Source of the DNA: an uncultured virus (IMG/VR IMGVR_UViG_3300028394_003206)
Taxonomy: Duplodnaviria > Heunggongvirae > Uroviricota > Caudoviricetes
IMG/VR virus record: IMGVR_UViG_3300028394_003206
Length of the DNA: 64,000 nt
Strand: one strand, 5' to 3'
This document shows, one piece after another, positions 1 through 9,754 of the stretch. Under the pieces are notes generated by a model. It ran no database searches. It saw only the letters and a list, made by a program, of their open reading frames with translations, and was not told the origin of the DNA. Position numbers and translations under genes: made by a program. The first letter of the stretch is position 1, and every line of letters begins with the position of its first letter.

Positions 1-8
1 TAAGAATA

Positions 9-788
9 ATGACTAAACAAGAATATAAAAATATTAAAGAAGTTAATGTTAAACCATTAAATTCAGGAAAATATAAAATAAATATAATATACAATTATGA
101 AGAAGAAAAGTTAAAAAGTAACAATGGGAATTATTGTTCAATTGATTTAGGATTAAATAATTTAATGACTTTAACATCAAACAAACAGGGACTTAAACCC
201 TTATTAGTTAACGGAAGACCATTAAAATCCATAAATCAATTCTATAATAAACAAAAAGCTAAAATGCAATCAGAATTGCCAGGTAAATTAAAAACTTCAA
301 AGCGTATAAACAAATTGACATTTAAACGTGAGATGAAGATTAATGATTACTTACACAAGGCAAGTAACTTCCTTATAAAATGGTGTTTAGAAAATGATTT
401 AAATACTATTATACTAGGTTATAATGAATTTTGGAAAACTGAAATAAATATTGGTAAAAGAAATAACCAAAATTTTGTTAACATACCATTTGAGAAGTTA
501 GCATGGATGATTGAATATAAAGCTAGGAAAGTAGGTATAACTTTGAAAAAACATGAAGAAAGTTACACTAGTAAATGTTCATTTTTAGATCTTGAAGATA
601 TTAAAAAGCATGATAATTATAAAGGTAAACGTATCAAACGTGGTTTATTTGTAAGTAGTAATGGTTCTTTAATAAATTCAGATGTGAATGGAGGTTTAAA
701 CATTTTAAGAAAAGCAGTTCCAACAGCTTTTGCTAATGGAATAGAGGGTATTGCAGTTTACCCAAAAAGAATTAAATCTTTTAAATAA
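9..788 (+). CDS. tnpB: TnpB RNA-guided nuclease (IS200/IS605/IS607 family), 5'-truncated by window edge
   Basis: SIDLG (RuvC-I), YLHKAS, IILGYN, EESYTSK, INSDVNGGLNILRK (RuvC-III); frame open to the window start. Confidence 0.9.
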   Translation: MTKQEYKNIKEVNVKPLNSGKYKINIIYNYEEEKLKSNNGNYCSIDLGLNNLMTLTSNKQGLKPLLVNGRPLKSINQFYNKQKAKMQSELPGKLKTSKRINKLTFKREMKINDYLHKASNFLIKWCLENDLNTIILGYNEFWKTEINIGKRNNQNFVNIPFEKLAWMIEYKARKVGITLKKHEESYTSKCSFLDLEDIKKHDNYKGKRIKRGLFVSSNGSLINSDVNGGLNILRKAVPTAFANGIEGIAVYPKRIKSFK

Positions 789-793
789 ATTAA

Positions 794-823
794 ATGCTCA
801 CTTTTGAGCACTTAATTTATAAC
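794..823 (+). mobile_element. Putative IS right end: hairpin TGCTCA-CTTT-TGAGCA followed by TTATAAC
   Basis: Hairpin directly after the tnpB stop; the convergent gene loses similarity to its paralog at about 823. Confidence 0.5.
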
Positions 824-1529
824 TGTAATATCCCAATTCTTTAAACCTTGGATCTTTATATAGTTTTAAATTTAAATCTTTATTGTTTACTTCATAAATA
901 ATATATTCTGTATTTTTTCTAAATTGTTTATTTTTAAGTATAACCATTTGATTTATTTTCTCGTTAGAATAATACATTTTCATTTGTGGTATTAAAAGCT
1001 TACAATCATTTAATTCACTACACAAATAAATTCTATCAGTATGATAAGTTTTTTTATTTTTAGATTTAGGTATTAAACCTATTTTATTAATTTTATTTTT
1101 ATATTCTTTAATAGTTAGATGATATAATTTATCTACCTGGTTCAAATATAGAGTATTAAATTTAGATTCATAAGTTATCTCTATTTTTTTAATATTTTTA
1201 TAATTAATTAAAATATAATCTTCATTATAAATCATTTTATTAACCATTCCATTATTTGATAATATATCCATTGATGATGGAAACCATCCAAATTGATTAG
1301 TCAATTTAGCAGAAAGTAAATCAAATAGAATTTCAATTTGTGTTGAATCTATTGAAAAAAAATCATTAATTATTAGTGATATAATATTATCTTTAAAACT
1401 ACCTTGTGATTTAATTCCCAATAAATTTAATTCAGTTACAGTATTTTCAATAGCTTTTAAACCATCATGAGTTTTTATCAAACCTTCATTTATACTTTCA
1501 ATATAATCTTTAAAATTTTTAATAAACAT
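798..1529 (-). CDS. Leader-bearing protein with ADP-ribosyltransferase-like (KptA/Tpt1-type) fold; C-terminus probably replaced by the IS end
   Basis: KLYHLT..GLIPKSK..RIYLC..LKLYKDP motifs; paralog of 58230..58934; leader MFIKNFKDYIESINE. Confidence 0.6.
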   Translation of the reverse strand: MFIKNFKDYIESINEGLIKTHDGLKAIENTVTELNLLGIKSQGSFKDNIISLIINDFFSIDSTQIEILFDLLSAKLTNQFGWFPSSMDILSNNGMVNKMIYNEDYILINYKNIKKIEITYESKFNTLYLNQVDKLYHLTIKEYKNKINKIGLIPKSKNKKTYHTDRIYLCSELNDCKLLIPQMKMYYSNEKINQMVILKNKQFRKNTEYIIYEVNNKDLNLKLYKDPRFKELGYYSYKLSAQK

Positions 1530-1561
1530 ATTTAAATTATATTTAAGATATTAATTTAGTT

Positions 1562-2845
1562 TTAATAATTTACATAGTTTAAATAACCTTCTGTTGATCT
1601 AGCAATCCCAACAGAATCAGTATATTCATCATAATCAGCTGCATAATCACCATCAGGATCAACCATTAAAACAGAGTTACCACATGTATTATTTACTCTA
1701 TTTACATATGGCAATGTATCCATAAACGGGTAATAATCAAATCTGGCATCTTGTAATTTACAGAATATTCTAGGGTTATTTATTGTTGTTTCTACATTTG
1801 TAACACTAGTGTTTTCATCATAATCTTGATAAATTTTATAGAACCATCCATTTTTAGTAGCATATTGTTTGAATAATTCAACATCAGAATCATTAACTGT
1901 ATATATTCTATCTACTAATATACTTGAAACTCCATTTATTTCACATTCCCAAAGAATAGCTCTACCTTTTATTTTATCAGAAGTGTATTCACCATTTTCT
2001 ATAGAACCTTCATCATCAAAAAGGATCAGTAAGCTAACTTGATCATTACAAGTATATATATCAAAATAATCAGAACTAACATCAGCCATACAAGAATTAT
2101 TCATAGTTCCATTTCCTCTTTGATATCTACTTTCACTATACCAATATGAAATATCATCACCTTTTACAACTTTAAATTGTTTTAAAACATCCATTGCAAA
2201 ATCATATGTTGCTTTAAATTGATTTACAAAATTTTCAATATCAGAATCAGTAAAGCTAATATTAGAAGCTGATAATAAAGCTCTTACAAATCTACCAACT
2301 TTAATATTATTTCTAGATGTTGACCATATTTTAATATTCTCATTGTCTGGTTCTAAAGCTACTTTATTTATAACACCAATTCTATCATTATCTTCACCTT
2401 TTACCATACAATAAGTATTTCTTGATGCACTTTTTGAAATAGTCTCAGAAAGAATTATAACTCTTTCACCTTGAGAAATTGCCCAATTTCCATGTTGAGT
2501 TTTATCATATCCTAAACGTGAAAAGATACCATCATTTCTCTCAGCATGTGTTAAATATCTAGCACTTTCAATAACTTTATACACAATTGGTTCTTTACCA
2601 GTTATTTCAATAACTTTTCTATCTGGTGTGAATGATAAATTTTCTTTACTATCAGTTATATCTATATAATTTTGAACAATACCATCTATATCAGTATTTG
2701 ATAATTTTACAATATTTTTAGCAAATTTGTTATCCATTTTGCTAAATAATTTAATTAGTTTATCAGATAAAACTAATTTAGATTCCAATATAAGTTCAGA
2801 TATTTTACTTTCTAATAAAAAATCATTATAATAATTTAATTTCAT
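1562..2845 (-). CDS. Hypothetical phage protein, SCM/GRAxxW/DRxY/YPxxDT family (paralog 1), leader-bearing
   Basis: IKVGRF, NNSCM, KGRAILW, VDRIY, YPFMDT shared with 8447..9697 and 56918..58015. Confidence 0.85.
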   Translation of the reverse strand: MKLNYYNDFLLESKISELILESKLVLSDKLIKLFSKMDNKFAKNIVKLSNTDIDGIVQNYIDITDSKENLSFTPDRKVIEITGKEPIVYKVIESARYLTHAERNDGIFSRLGYDKTQHGNWAISQGERVIILSETISKSASRNTYCMVKGEDNDRIGVINKVALEPDNENIKIWSTSRNNIKVGRFVRALLSASNISFTDSDIENFVNQFKATYDFAMDVLKQFKVVKGDDISYWYSESRYQRGNGTMNNSCMADVSSDYFDIYTCNDQVSLLILFDDEGSIENGEYTSDKIKGRAILWECEINGVSSILVDRIYTVNDSDVELFKQYATKNGWFYKIYQDYDENTSVTNVETTINNPRIFCKLQDARFDYYPFMDTLPYVNRVNNTCGNSVLMVDPDGDYAADYDEYTDSVGIARSTEGYLNYVNY

Positions 2846-2847
2846 TT

Positions 2848-2893
2848 TATAACCTTGTTTTTTTCTATATATTAAATATATTTTCTATAAATT
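2848..2893. repeat. 46-bp exact direct repeat, copy 1 (contains TAATATATA on the minus strand)
   Basis: TATAACCTTGTTTTTTTCTATATATTAAATATATTTTCTATAAATT, identical to 3910..3955. Confidence 0.95.
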
Positions 2894-2896
2894 ATT

Positions 2897-3856
2897 TTAC
2901 AATTTTCTATCGTTTAGTTTATTCCAACTACTTTTCAAAATATCTAAATTATTAATTAACCATTTACTTAAATAATCTTTATCATTCTCAAATCCATTAA
3001 ATGATTTATATTCTGTGCTAGATTCTAGAACTCTAATATTACCATTCTCAAATGGTTTTGTTAGTGATATTGAAAATTGAAAATCATTATATTTTCTTAT
3101 ATTTTTTATTTTTTTACCAAAATGAAATCTAGGTTCACCATATTTCTCTTCAAATATAAAAATATCATATTTATCATTTTCTATTTTAATTGAGTTTGTA
3201 TTTCTATTGATATAACTATTATATTCTAAAATATACATATTTTCAGAAATTGATTCAAAATCAATATCATTCTTAATATCATTAAAAATTATCTTTTCTT
3301 CTTCTGTTAAATCAAAAAATGATATATCAGTTTCTATTCCATTTTCATTGCAATATTTTAACAACTCAATTATATCCAATCTATCTCTATTATTAACTTT
3401 TGATCTAAATAATTTTAAAGCTATTAATCCCAATGGTGATGCTATTTTTATACCATCAGATTCAACTGATGTTTGGAATATGTTTTCAAATAAAGATTGT
3501 TTTTTGTTAATATGTAATGGTGTTATTACTTCCACTTCCACACCAGTTTTTATATGTTCAAATGAATGTTTTCTATTTCTTCTAAACTTATATACTATTT
3601 CTGGTATATCATCTTCTGTTAAAAAAATCAAATCAATATCTTCAGTATATCTTGGTTTAATATAATATGATAAAGCTAAACCACCTATTAAAACACATTC
3701 TTTATTATTTGAATTTTTCCAATCATCAAGAGCTACTAATACTTCTTTCGGTATAACTGATTCATATATACTTCTAAAACCATCATTTTTCCATTTAGAT
3801 TTTCTTCTATTTTCATAGATTGAAAAATCTTTATATGATAATATATTTTTTTTCAT
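2897..3856 (-). CDS. Nucleotidyltransferase-superfamily protein with a C-terminal DUF4160-like segment
   Basis: LIGGLAL..PRYTEDIDL, LIALKL..DRLDI; C-terminal GEPRFHF...W. Confidence 0.65.
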   Translation of the reverse strand: MKKNILSYKDFSIYENRRKSKWKNDGFRSIYESVIPKEVLVALDDWKNSNNKECVLIGGLALSYYIKPRYTEDIDLIFLTEDDIPEIVYKFRRNRKHSFEHIKTGVEVEVITPLHINKKQSLFENIFQTSVESDGIKIASPLGLIALKLFRSKVNNRDRLDIIELLKYCNENGIETDISFFDLTEEEKIIFNDIKNDIDFESISENMYILEYNSYINRNTNSIKIENDKYDIFIFEEKYGEPRFHFGKKIKNIRKYNDFQFSISLTKPFENGNIRVLESSTEYKSFNGFENDKDYLSKWLINNLDILKSSWNKLNDRKL

Positions 3857-3909
3857 ATTAATACAAATATACTTATTTTAATTTAAAAATTATTTATTAT
3901 AAATAATTA

Positions 3910-3955
3910 TATAACCTTGTTTTTTTCTATATATTAAATATATTTTCTATAAATT
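3910..3955. repeat. 46-bp exact direct repeat, copy 2
   Basis: Identical to 2848..2893. Confidence 0.95.
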
Positions 3956-3982
3956 TATATTTGAAATAAAATATATAAATTT

Positions 3983-4231
3983 ATGGACAATAAACTAAAA
4001 ATTATCAATCTAATTTCTATTTTAGGAATTGGTATATATGAATTGGTAATTGATTTGGAAACAAGTTTAGGAGTTTTTAATTCAATTGCTTATTATAAAA
4101 ATGATGAAAAAGTTTATTTATATTCTTACAACGATGGTGATGATTTTGAGCTAGAAGTTGATTTTGAAGATTTAAGTGAAAATGACCAGATTTCAATAGT
4201 TTATTATTTAAATCAAATAGCTTATAATTAA
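3983..4231 (+). CDS. Hypothetical acidic protein
   Basis: 82-aa ORF filling an intergenic gap, TATATTTG at 3956..3963 upstream. Confidence 0.7.
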   Translation: MDNKLKIINLISILGIGIYELVIDLETSLGVFNSIAYYKNDEKVYLYSYNDGDDFELEVDFEDLSENDQISIVYYLNQIAYN

Positions 4232-4232
4232 A

Positions 4233-4772
4233 TTATTTTGTTTCAATTTCAAATTCTTCATCATCTGAAAATTTATCATCCAATTCAATTTTAAGATCTA
4301 TTAAAAAATCTTCATTGATATCTTTTATTTCAATATTTTTATTTATCTGACCAACAACTTCAAATGTTTCAATATCATATTTTTTAAATTTAATATAACA
4401 CTTTTCTATACTATCAGAAGAAAAATCTTCTTCACCTTTTGAAACACCATCTTTATAATCAATTGTAAATAATAAATTATAAGTAGCATCATCAGTGCTA
4501 AATTTAACAGTTAATGTATCATATAATTCAGAGTATAAAGATATTTCAGAACTTTCTAATCTAACACCTAAATCTTTCAAAGACATTTTAGATTTATCCC
4601 TTGAATTTATTTTAGCTTTTTTAATAGTCATTTCATCATCACTTTCATCTTCTTGAAAGTCAAACATTTTATCTACTTTAGATTTTATTTGTTTTAAAAC
4701 TATTTCAATATATGTCTGTGGTGTTTCACTTAACTCTTCTTTTATAAACTGTAAAAACTTTTTAATTTCCAT
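4233..4772 (-). CDS. Hypothetical leader-bearing protein
   Basis: Starts MEIKKFLQFIKEE; TAATATATA (minus) at 4778..4786. Confidence 0.8.
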   Translation of the reverse strand: MEIKKFLQFIKEELSETPQTYIEIVLKQIKSKVDKMFDFQEDESDDEMTIKKAKINSRDKSKMSLKDLGVRLESSEISLYSELYDTLTVKFSTDDATYNLLFTIDYKDGVSKGEEDFSSDSIEKCYIKFKKYDIETFEVVGQINKNIEIKDINEDFLIDLKIELDDKFSDDEEFEIETK

Positions 4773-4809
4773 AATTCTATATATTAAATTTATTTATTCA
4801 TTTTAAACA

Positions 4810-4833
4810 AAAAAAGTGGCTTTAAACCACTTT
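4810..4833. terminator. Intrinsic terminator hairpin AAAGTGG-N7-CCACTTT
   Basis: Inverted repeat with A-tract just downstream of the minus-strand gene ending at 4835. Confidence 0.65.
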
Positions 4834-4834
4834 C

Positions 4835-5272
4835 TCATTTTGATAGATTTGGATATTTATTTCGAACAAAATCGTTTATTTTAATAGTTTCTCCTTCTTC
4901 ATTAATTCTAACAAAAACAGTTTCACATTTTGCAGCTAATGTTTCCTTTTCAGTATTAACAGAATGTGTTCTGATTTCACAAGTAAGTGTTATAGATGTG
5001 TTTCCAATTTTTTTAATACCAACATATGTTTTGTATATTTGATTAGGTTTAATTTCATGGACAAATTCAACATTCATTGTTTTTGTTACAATCCAAGGTG
5101 TGTCGCAAACTTCAGCAGCAAATACTGCACATACTGCATCCATTTCCTCCATAATTTCTGCACCATACATTCTATTATGCACACCTACTTGTTTTCCTTT
5201 GCAAAATTGTGAATTTCTACAAATCAATTCACCATTGTTTAGTAAATTTACATTAAATTCTCGTTGTGTCAT
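4835..5272 (-). CDS. HotDog-fold acyl-CoA thioesterase-like protein
   Basis: HNRMYGAEIMEEMD, IVTKTMNVEF, IGNTSI, VFVRINEEG. Confidence 0.8.
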   Translation of the reverse strand: MTQREFNVNLLNNGELICRNSQFCKGKQVGVHNRMYGAEIMEEMDAVCAVFAAEVCDTPWIVTKTMNVEFVHEIKPNQIYKTYVGIKKIGNTSITLTCEIRTHSVNTEKETLAAKCETVFVRINEEGETIKINDFVRNKYPNLSK

Positions 5273-5820
5273 TATTTTTCAACTTTATCAATGTGATCAA
5301 TAGATAAATCTAAAATTGTAATTCTTCCAAATATTGAAACTGTAATTTTAACTTTATCACCATTAATTGATTCAATTTTTCCAAGCATAGATGAGAAAGC
5401 ACCATCTAGTATTTTAACATCTTCACCAACAATAAAAGTTGTTTCAATTTCTTTAGTTTTTTCTTCTTCAAATTTACCAACCATTCTTTCAACTTCTGAA
5501 CGAGTTAAAGGTTGTATATCACCGGCACGATTTGTTAAAAATCCGGAAACCCCATTCATACCTTTTAAGATATGTTTTAACTCACCAACTTTATCAGTTT
5601 CTACAAAAATATAACTAGGATATAATATTTTTTCTTTTTGAACTTTTTTACCATTTCTAATAGTAAATGATTTTTCAAAAGGAACTATAACATTTTTTAA
5701 AATTCCCATTAAATCACCAACTTCTGATTCCTTTTGTAATCTTTCAGCAATTGTTCTTTCTCTGTTTGATTGTGCTCTAACAACATACCAGTTGCTTGAA
5801 CTATTTTTTGTTTTAACCAT
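5272..5820 (-). CDS. nusG: Transcription elongation factor NusG
   Basis: NWYVVRAQSNRE, LYPSYIFVE, GVSGF, KOW motif GEDVKILDGAFSSMLG, VSIFGR. Confidence 0.95.
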   Translation of the reverse strand: MVKTKNSSSNWYVVRAQSNRERTIAERLQKESEVGDLMGILKNVIVPFEKSFTIRNGKKVQKEKILYPSYIFVETDKVGELKHILKGMNGVSGFLTNRAGDIQPLTRSEVERMVGKFEEEKTKEIETTFIVGEDVKILDGAFSSMLGKIESINGDKVKITVSIFGRITILDLSIDHIDKVEK

Positions 5821-5846
5821 ATTTATTATTTAGATTTTAAGATTTT

Positions 5847-6242
5847 TTAATTTCCTTTTTCTATTTGTTTGTAATATTTTAACTCTTCTTTTATAAAGTC
5901 AAAATTATTTTTCATAAGATAATTCAAATCATTGATATCAATTTTCATATATTTCTTCAATAATTTAATATCACTTGATGATATTTTTTCTTTTTCTTTT
6001 GGTTCTGATTTACTCCAAAACCAATTAGGATAAGGTTTATCTAACATAAAGTTATACCATAAATCCATAGCTATTACTTTATCTATACTTTTAGAATTAA
6101 AAAGTTGCGATTTTTCAGGATATTTTTTAGAAAAATAACGATTAAAAATGAAAAATGACAACTCTTTATCACTATCTGTTATATTAACCCAATCTGATTT
6201 TTTATAAAACATTGCATTTGCAACCTCTTTTAAATTAGCCAT
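5847..6242 (-). CDS. Hypothetical protein, possibly T4 gp62-like clamp-loader small subunit
   Basis: FFIFNRYFS and WFWSK segments; lies in a replication-type operon; weak resemblance only. Confidence 0.4.
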   Translation of the reverse strand: MANLKEVANAMFYKKSDWVNITDSDKELSFFIFNRYFSKKYPEKSQLFNSKSIDKVIAMDLWYNFMLDKPYPNWFWSKSEPKEKEKISSSDIKLLKKYMKIDINDLNYLMKNNFDFIKEELKYYKQIEKGN

Positions 6243-6244
6243 TA

Positions 6245-6649
6245 TTATAAAATTTTACCAATTTTGAAATTTCTAATATCTTTCTTATATAATTCTTTTA
6301 AAAATTCTTCATCAAAAAGTTCAATTAAATCATCAAATGTTATTTTATAATTAAATTCACCAGTAATTGGAACATATTCACCATTTGATAATTTATATTC
6401 TGCTTGACAAGATAATGGGTTATAAAATGTTCCAATAACTGATATTCTTTCCCAGTTATTAACTTTATCAATAATGTCTTTAATAATAGGAATTAATGAT
6501 TCTTGTGGATTTTTTAAAGAATACCACTCACAATAAAAACATATTTTTTCTATCAAATAAATATTATTTATATTCGTGATGTTGTTAATCACTGGTTCCC
6601 ATTTCTTTAATATAGAATGTTTATTTTGTACTAAATTGTTCATATTCAT
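6245..6649 (-). CDS. Hypothetical protein with C-terminal IRNFKIGKIL tag
   Basis: ORF in operon; C-terminal motif shared with other genes. Confidence 0.75.
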   Translation of the reverse strand: MNMNNLVQNKHSILKKWEPVINNITNINNIYLIEKICFYCEWYSLKNPQESLIPIIKDIIDKVNNWERISVIGTFYNPLSCQAEYKLSNGEYVPITGEFNYKITFDDLIELFDEEFLKELYKKDIRNFKIGKIL

Positions 6650-7613
6650 CAGTCATTTTTTTAATAATTTCAGTTGGAATATTTTGCATTCTTAAATCAA
6701 TTAATTTAATATTTAATTTAAGATTATCAATAATATCTTCTGATTTAGATTTATTTAATTTCTTTTTCTCACATATTAAATCAGCAACATTTTCACAAAA
6801 ATCAGGATCCTCTAATGAGATTTCCCCATATTCTGAAATATATATATCATAAATTGCCTTTGCTCCTTTTTCACCAATGCCTCTTTTTCTTCCATTTTTT
6901 ACTTGGCTCCAGGCTGATGATATATTATCAGATGTATCACCTGATATTATCTTAACAAACAATGATTCTATTGAATTTATTTCAATAATTTCATATTTTT
7001 GTACAAAACCATTTATCAATCCCATAAATTCTTTATTATCATTCATGTTGAAAATATCATCATTTGGTAATCGATCAACATAATTTAAAAATGTTTGGTA
7101 GTTATTTGGTAAGAAAATCTTTTCTTTATTCAACATTTGATTTGACATCATGTTTATATAAAGTGGATTTAAACTATAATTAACCAATTGTTTTATATCA
7201 TAGTCATTAGATATTATTAGTGTTGATATACCTTTTTTATTAGATTCATTTACTAAAAAAGCTATCCAATCATCACCTTCGACATTTGGTGCTTCTAACA
7301 CCTTTACATTGCCATTTAAAGAACTTTTAAATTCATTATAAGTTTCATATACAAAATTCCAATCAATATCACTATCTTTTTTCCTAGTTCCTTTATATTC
7401 CCCTATATAATCTTTTCTCCAAGACTTTTCTTTTGAATCTGAAACCATATACACATTTGCAAATGGATATAATCTTTTATAAGATTTAATTGAGTTGTCT
7501 AGGGCATTATATAAAGCACCAAATAATAAATTGTTTTTATGCAATGTGAAAACCAATCTGCTCAAGATGTAATTGCCATCTACAATTAAATTGAGCGTTA
7601 AATTATTCCCCAT
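6621..7613 (-). CDS. rnh: T4-like RNase H / 5'-3' exonuclease (FEN/PIN fold)
   Basis: LIVDGN, SWRK..YKGTR, VEGDDWIA, ISNDYDIKQL, GDTSDNI, GIGEK. Confidence 0.9.
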   Translation of the reverse strand: MGNNLTLNLIVDGNYILSRLVFTLHKNNLLFGALYNALDNSIKSYKRLYPFANVYMVSDSKEKSWRKDYIGEYKGTRKKDSDIDWNFVYETYNEFKSSLNGNVKVLEAPNVEGDDWIAFLVNESNKKGISTLIISNDYDIKQLVNYSLNPLYINMMSNQMLNKEKIFLPNNYQTFLNYVDRLPNDDIFNMNDNKEFMGLINGFVQKYEIIEINSIESLFVKIISGDTSDNISSAWSQVKNGRKRGIGEKGAKAIYDIYISEYGEISLEDPDFCENVADLICEKKKLNKSKSEDIIDNLKLNIKLIDLRMQNIPTEIIKKMTDEYEQFSTK

Positions 7614-7681
7614 TTTAAAAAATTATTTTTTTATATACTATATATAGTAAAAATGAACTTTTGTTTTAAATATATAAAGAT

Positions 7682-7927
7682 ATGGAAAATGTGAAATTAT
7701 ATAAAGGATTGCCATCTGATGAAGAAGAACAACTTTATCAATTGTTTAGTAAGATTGTTTATTTAAATAATCTTAACTATGATTCTGCAAATGAATATTT
7801 TAAACCAGGGAAAGAAACTTTTGCATATTTTTTAGAATTATTAGAGCAAGAAACTGAATGGTTTAATTATAGACAGATGGATGAAATATTCGATGAACTT
7901 TCATTTTATATTTTGGATTTAGATTAA
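7682..7927 (+). CDS. Hypothetical protein
   Basis: 81-aa ORF behind AAATATATA. Confidence 0.7.
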   Translation: MENVKLYKGLPSDEEEQLYQLFSKIVYLNNLNYDSANEYFKPGKETFAYFLELLEQETEWFNYRQMDEIFDELSFYILDLD

Positions 7928-8454
7928 AAATTTAAAACTAAATTTATTCTTATATCCCTCCATATATGTTTATATTCATTTCTAATATCTTCATTATATT
8001 CATAATATCTTTCTTTTCTATAATAATCATACCAATTTCTACCAACTTCTTTTAATATCATATCATAATTTTCTTTTAGCAAATGTTGTAAATTTTCTTT
8101 TACTACATATTTACATAAATTATTATAATAATCGAAATTAATTTTTTTAAAACCATAATAGAATTCTTTCTTTATATACATATAGAAATAATTATAAACT
8201 ATTTTATCATAAAATTTAGATTCATCTATACCTTTAGGATTTGCCATCTCTGTTGGTAAAAAATAAAATTCAAGTTTTAATTTTTTAAGATGCTTAACCA
8301 AACTCAAAACCTCTTTGTAAACTCTAACATCTAAAAAAACATAAATTATATTATCTATTTTAGTACAAACAGGGATATGATATACCTTTTTGAAGTATAT
8401 CATATCCCTGTTTATTTTCCAGAATGGTTTATTATTTGGTATAAGATTAATCAT
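7924..8454 (-). CDS. Hypothetical protein with C-terminal WRDIRINLVL tag
   Basis: ORF coupled to the upstream gene; ATG at 8454. Confidence 0.75.
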   Translation of the reverse strand: MINLIPNNKPFWKINRDMIYFKKVYHIPVCTKIDNIIYVFLDVRVYKEVLSLVKHLKKLKLEFYFLPTEMANPKGIDESKFYDKIVYNYFYMYIKKEFYYGFKKINFDYYNNLCKYVVKENLQHLLKENYDMILKEVGRNWYDYYRKERYYEYNEDIRNEYKHIWRDIRINLVLNF

Positions 8455-9697
8455 TTTCAATACCCCTCAATATTTCATCAAAAAAAGAACTATTATAAAA
8501 ATTGTGGTCAAGTGCAATCTCTTTTATTTTTCCATATAATTCAGAAATATTACTATCATTTCTTTTTTTAATTCTTTCTTTTTTTTCATTAATTCTTTCT
8601 AAATCATTGAAAGAATCATATTCACTATTGTATATATAATCATTTAACTCATTATCATAAATAGAATCTTGACATTTAATATAACAGTCATTAACATCTG
8701 ACCAATTCACTGAATTGCTTTGTGTCCATATATTTAGATATTTTAAAAAATAAGATTCATTTCTTTGTTTGTAATGTCCTGAATCTAATAAAACTAAATG
8801 ATTACCACTTAATTTAGATCCATCTGTTGATATCAATGTTTTCATATCATCTAAATCTATATCATCTGGGATGTAATTATAAATAAATCCTTTAGAATCT
8901 CTAAATTTAAATGTGTCTAAATATGGGTAGTAATCAAATGATTTATTTTTTAAATCTATTTTTAATTTTAATTGTTTTTTATTACCCTTATTATCTTCAA
9001 ATGTCATACAGTCATACCAATTTTGATTAGCTTTAAACATATATCCATTATTTGAAGCCCATTGTTTAAAATAAAATTGATATTGTTCATCATTTATAGT
9101 ATAGATTCTATCCATTATTTTATATGAATCGAAATACCATAATAAAGCTCTTCCAATTAACTCACCTTCATCATCTAATAAAACTAATAATTTGATATTA
9201 TCACTATTTTCATTGTAAAAATCCATATATTTTTGACAAGAATCATGTTTCATACAAGAAGCACCTAATGAACCATTCTCGGTTGATCTATATGTAGAAT
9301 AGTGATAATATTTGGCAATAGAATTTCCTTGTACTATTTTAAAATCACATTCTATTTTATTAGAAATATTTCTAAATAAAGTTGAAAACTTTTCAACTTC
9401 TATACCAGAGATATTTTTAAATAATTTTGAAATAAATCCACCTGGTTTTATCTGAAAACGTCTAGATGATGTCCAATATGAATCTTCTGATAAAGCTTGT
9501 TTTCTTTCATCTGTTAAATATGAAATTTTAGTTTTATCATTTGTAGATATAGATATGTAATTAACATAATCTTTAACTAATTCATCTTCATTAAATTCAC
9601 CATTTAACAATAATCTTGCAACTAGTGATTGTTGTTCAATTTGTAATAAAACTTCTTTTAATTCATTTGAAATTAAAATCTTAACCATATTATTCAT
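8447..9697 (-). CDS. SCM/GRAxxW/DRxY/YPxxDT family (paralog 2), without leader
   Basis: IKPGGF, GASCM, GRALLW, MDRIY, YPYLDT; ATG at 9697 or 9688; the TTG at 9718 falls inside the TATATTTG box. Confidence 0.85.
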   Translation of the reverse strand: MNNMVKILISNELKEVLLQIEQQSLVARLLLNGEFNEDELVKDYVNYISISTNDKTKISYLTDERKQALSEDSYWTSSRRFQIKPGGFISKLFKNISGIEVEKFSTLFRNISNKIECDFKIVQGNSIAKYYHYSTYRSTENGSLGASCMKHDSCQKYMDFYNENSDNIKLLVLLDDEGELIGRALLWYFDSYKIMDRIYTINDEQYQFYFKQWASNNGYMFKANQNWYDCMTFEDNKGNKKQLKLKIDLKNKSFDYYPYLDTFKFRDSKGFIYNYIPDDIDLDDMKTLISTDGSKLSGNHLVLLDSGHYKQRNESYFLKYLNIWTQSNSVNWSDVNDCYIKCQDSIYDNELNDYIYNSEYDSFNDLERINEKKERIKKRNDSNISELYGKIKEIALDHNFYNSSFFDEILRGIEND

Positions 9698-9715
9698 ATA
9701 TAAATCTATTTTATA

Positions 9716-9723
9716 CAAATATA
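9716..9723 (-). promoter_or_regulatory. Bacteroidota-type -7 promoter element TATATTTG (also 3864, 16520, 35135, 41210, 43896, 54044, 56482, 56886 minus; 3956 plus)
   Basis: Matches the established Bacteroidota consensus TAnnTTTG, repeatedly placed a short distance upstream of start codons. Confidence 0.7.
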
Positions 9724-9754
9724 AATATATTATTTGAATATATTAAATAAAAAA

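Noticed and set aside
6245..6649. Major capsid protein, from the LKKWEPVI resemblance to gp23 N-termini
   Set aside because: Only 134 aa with no further capsid motifs
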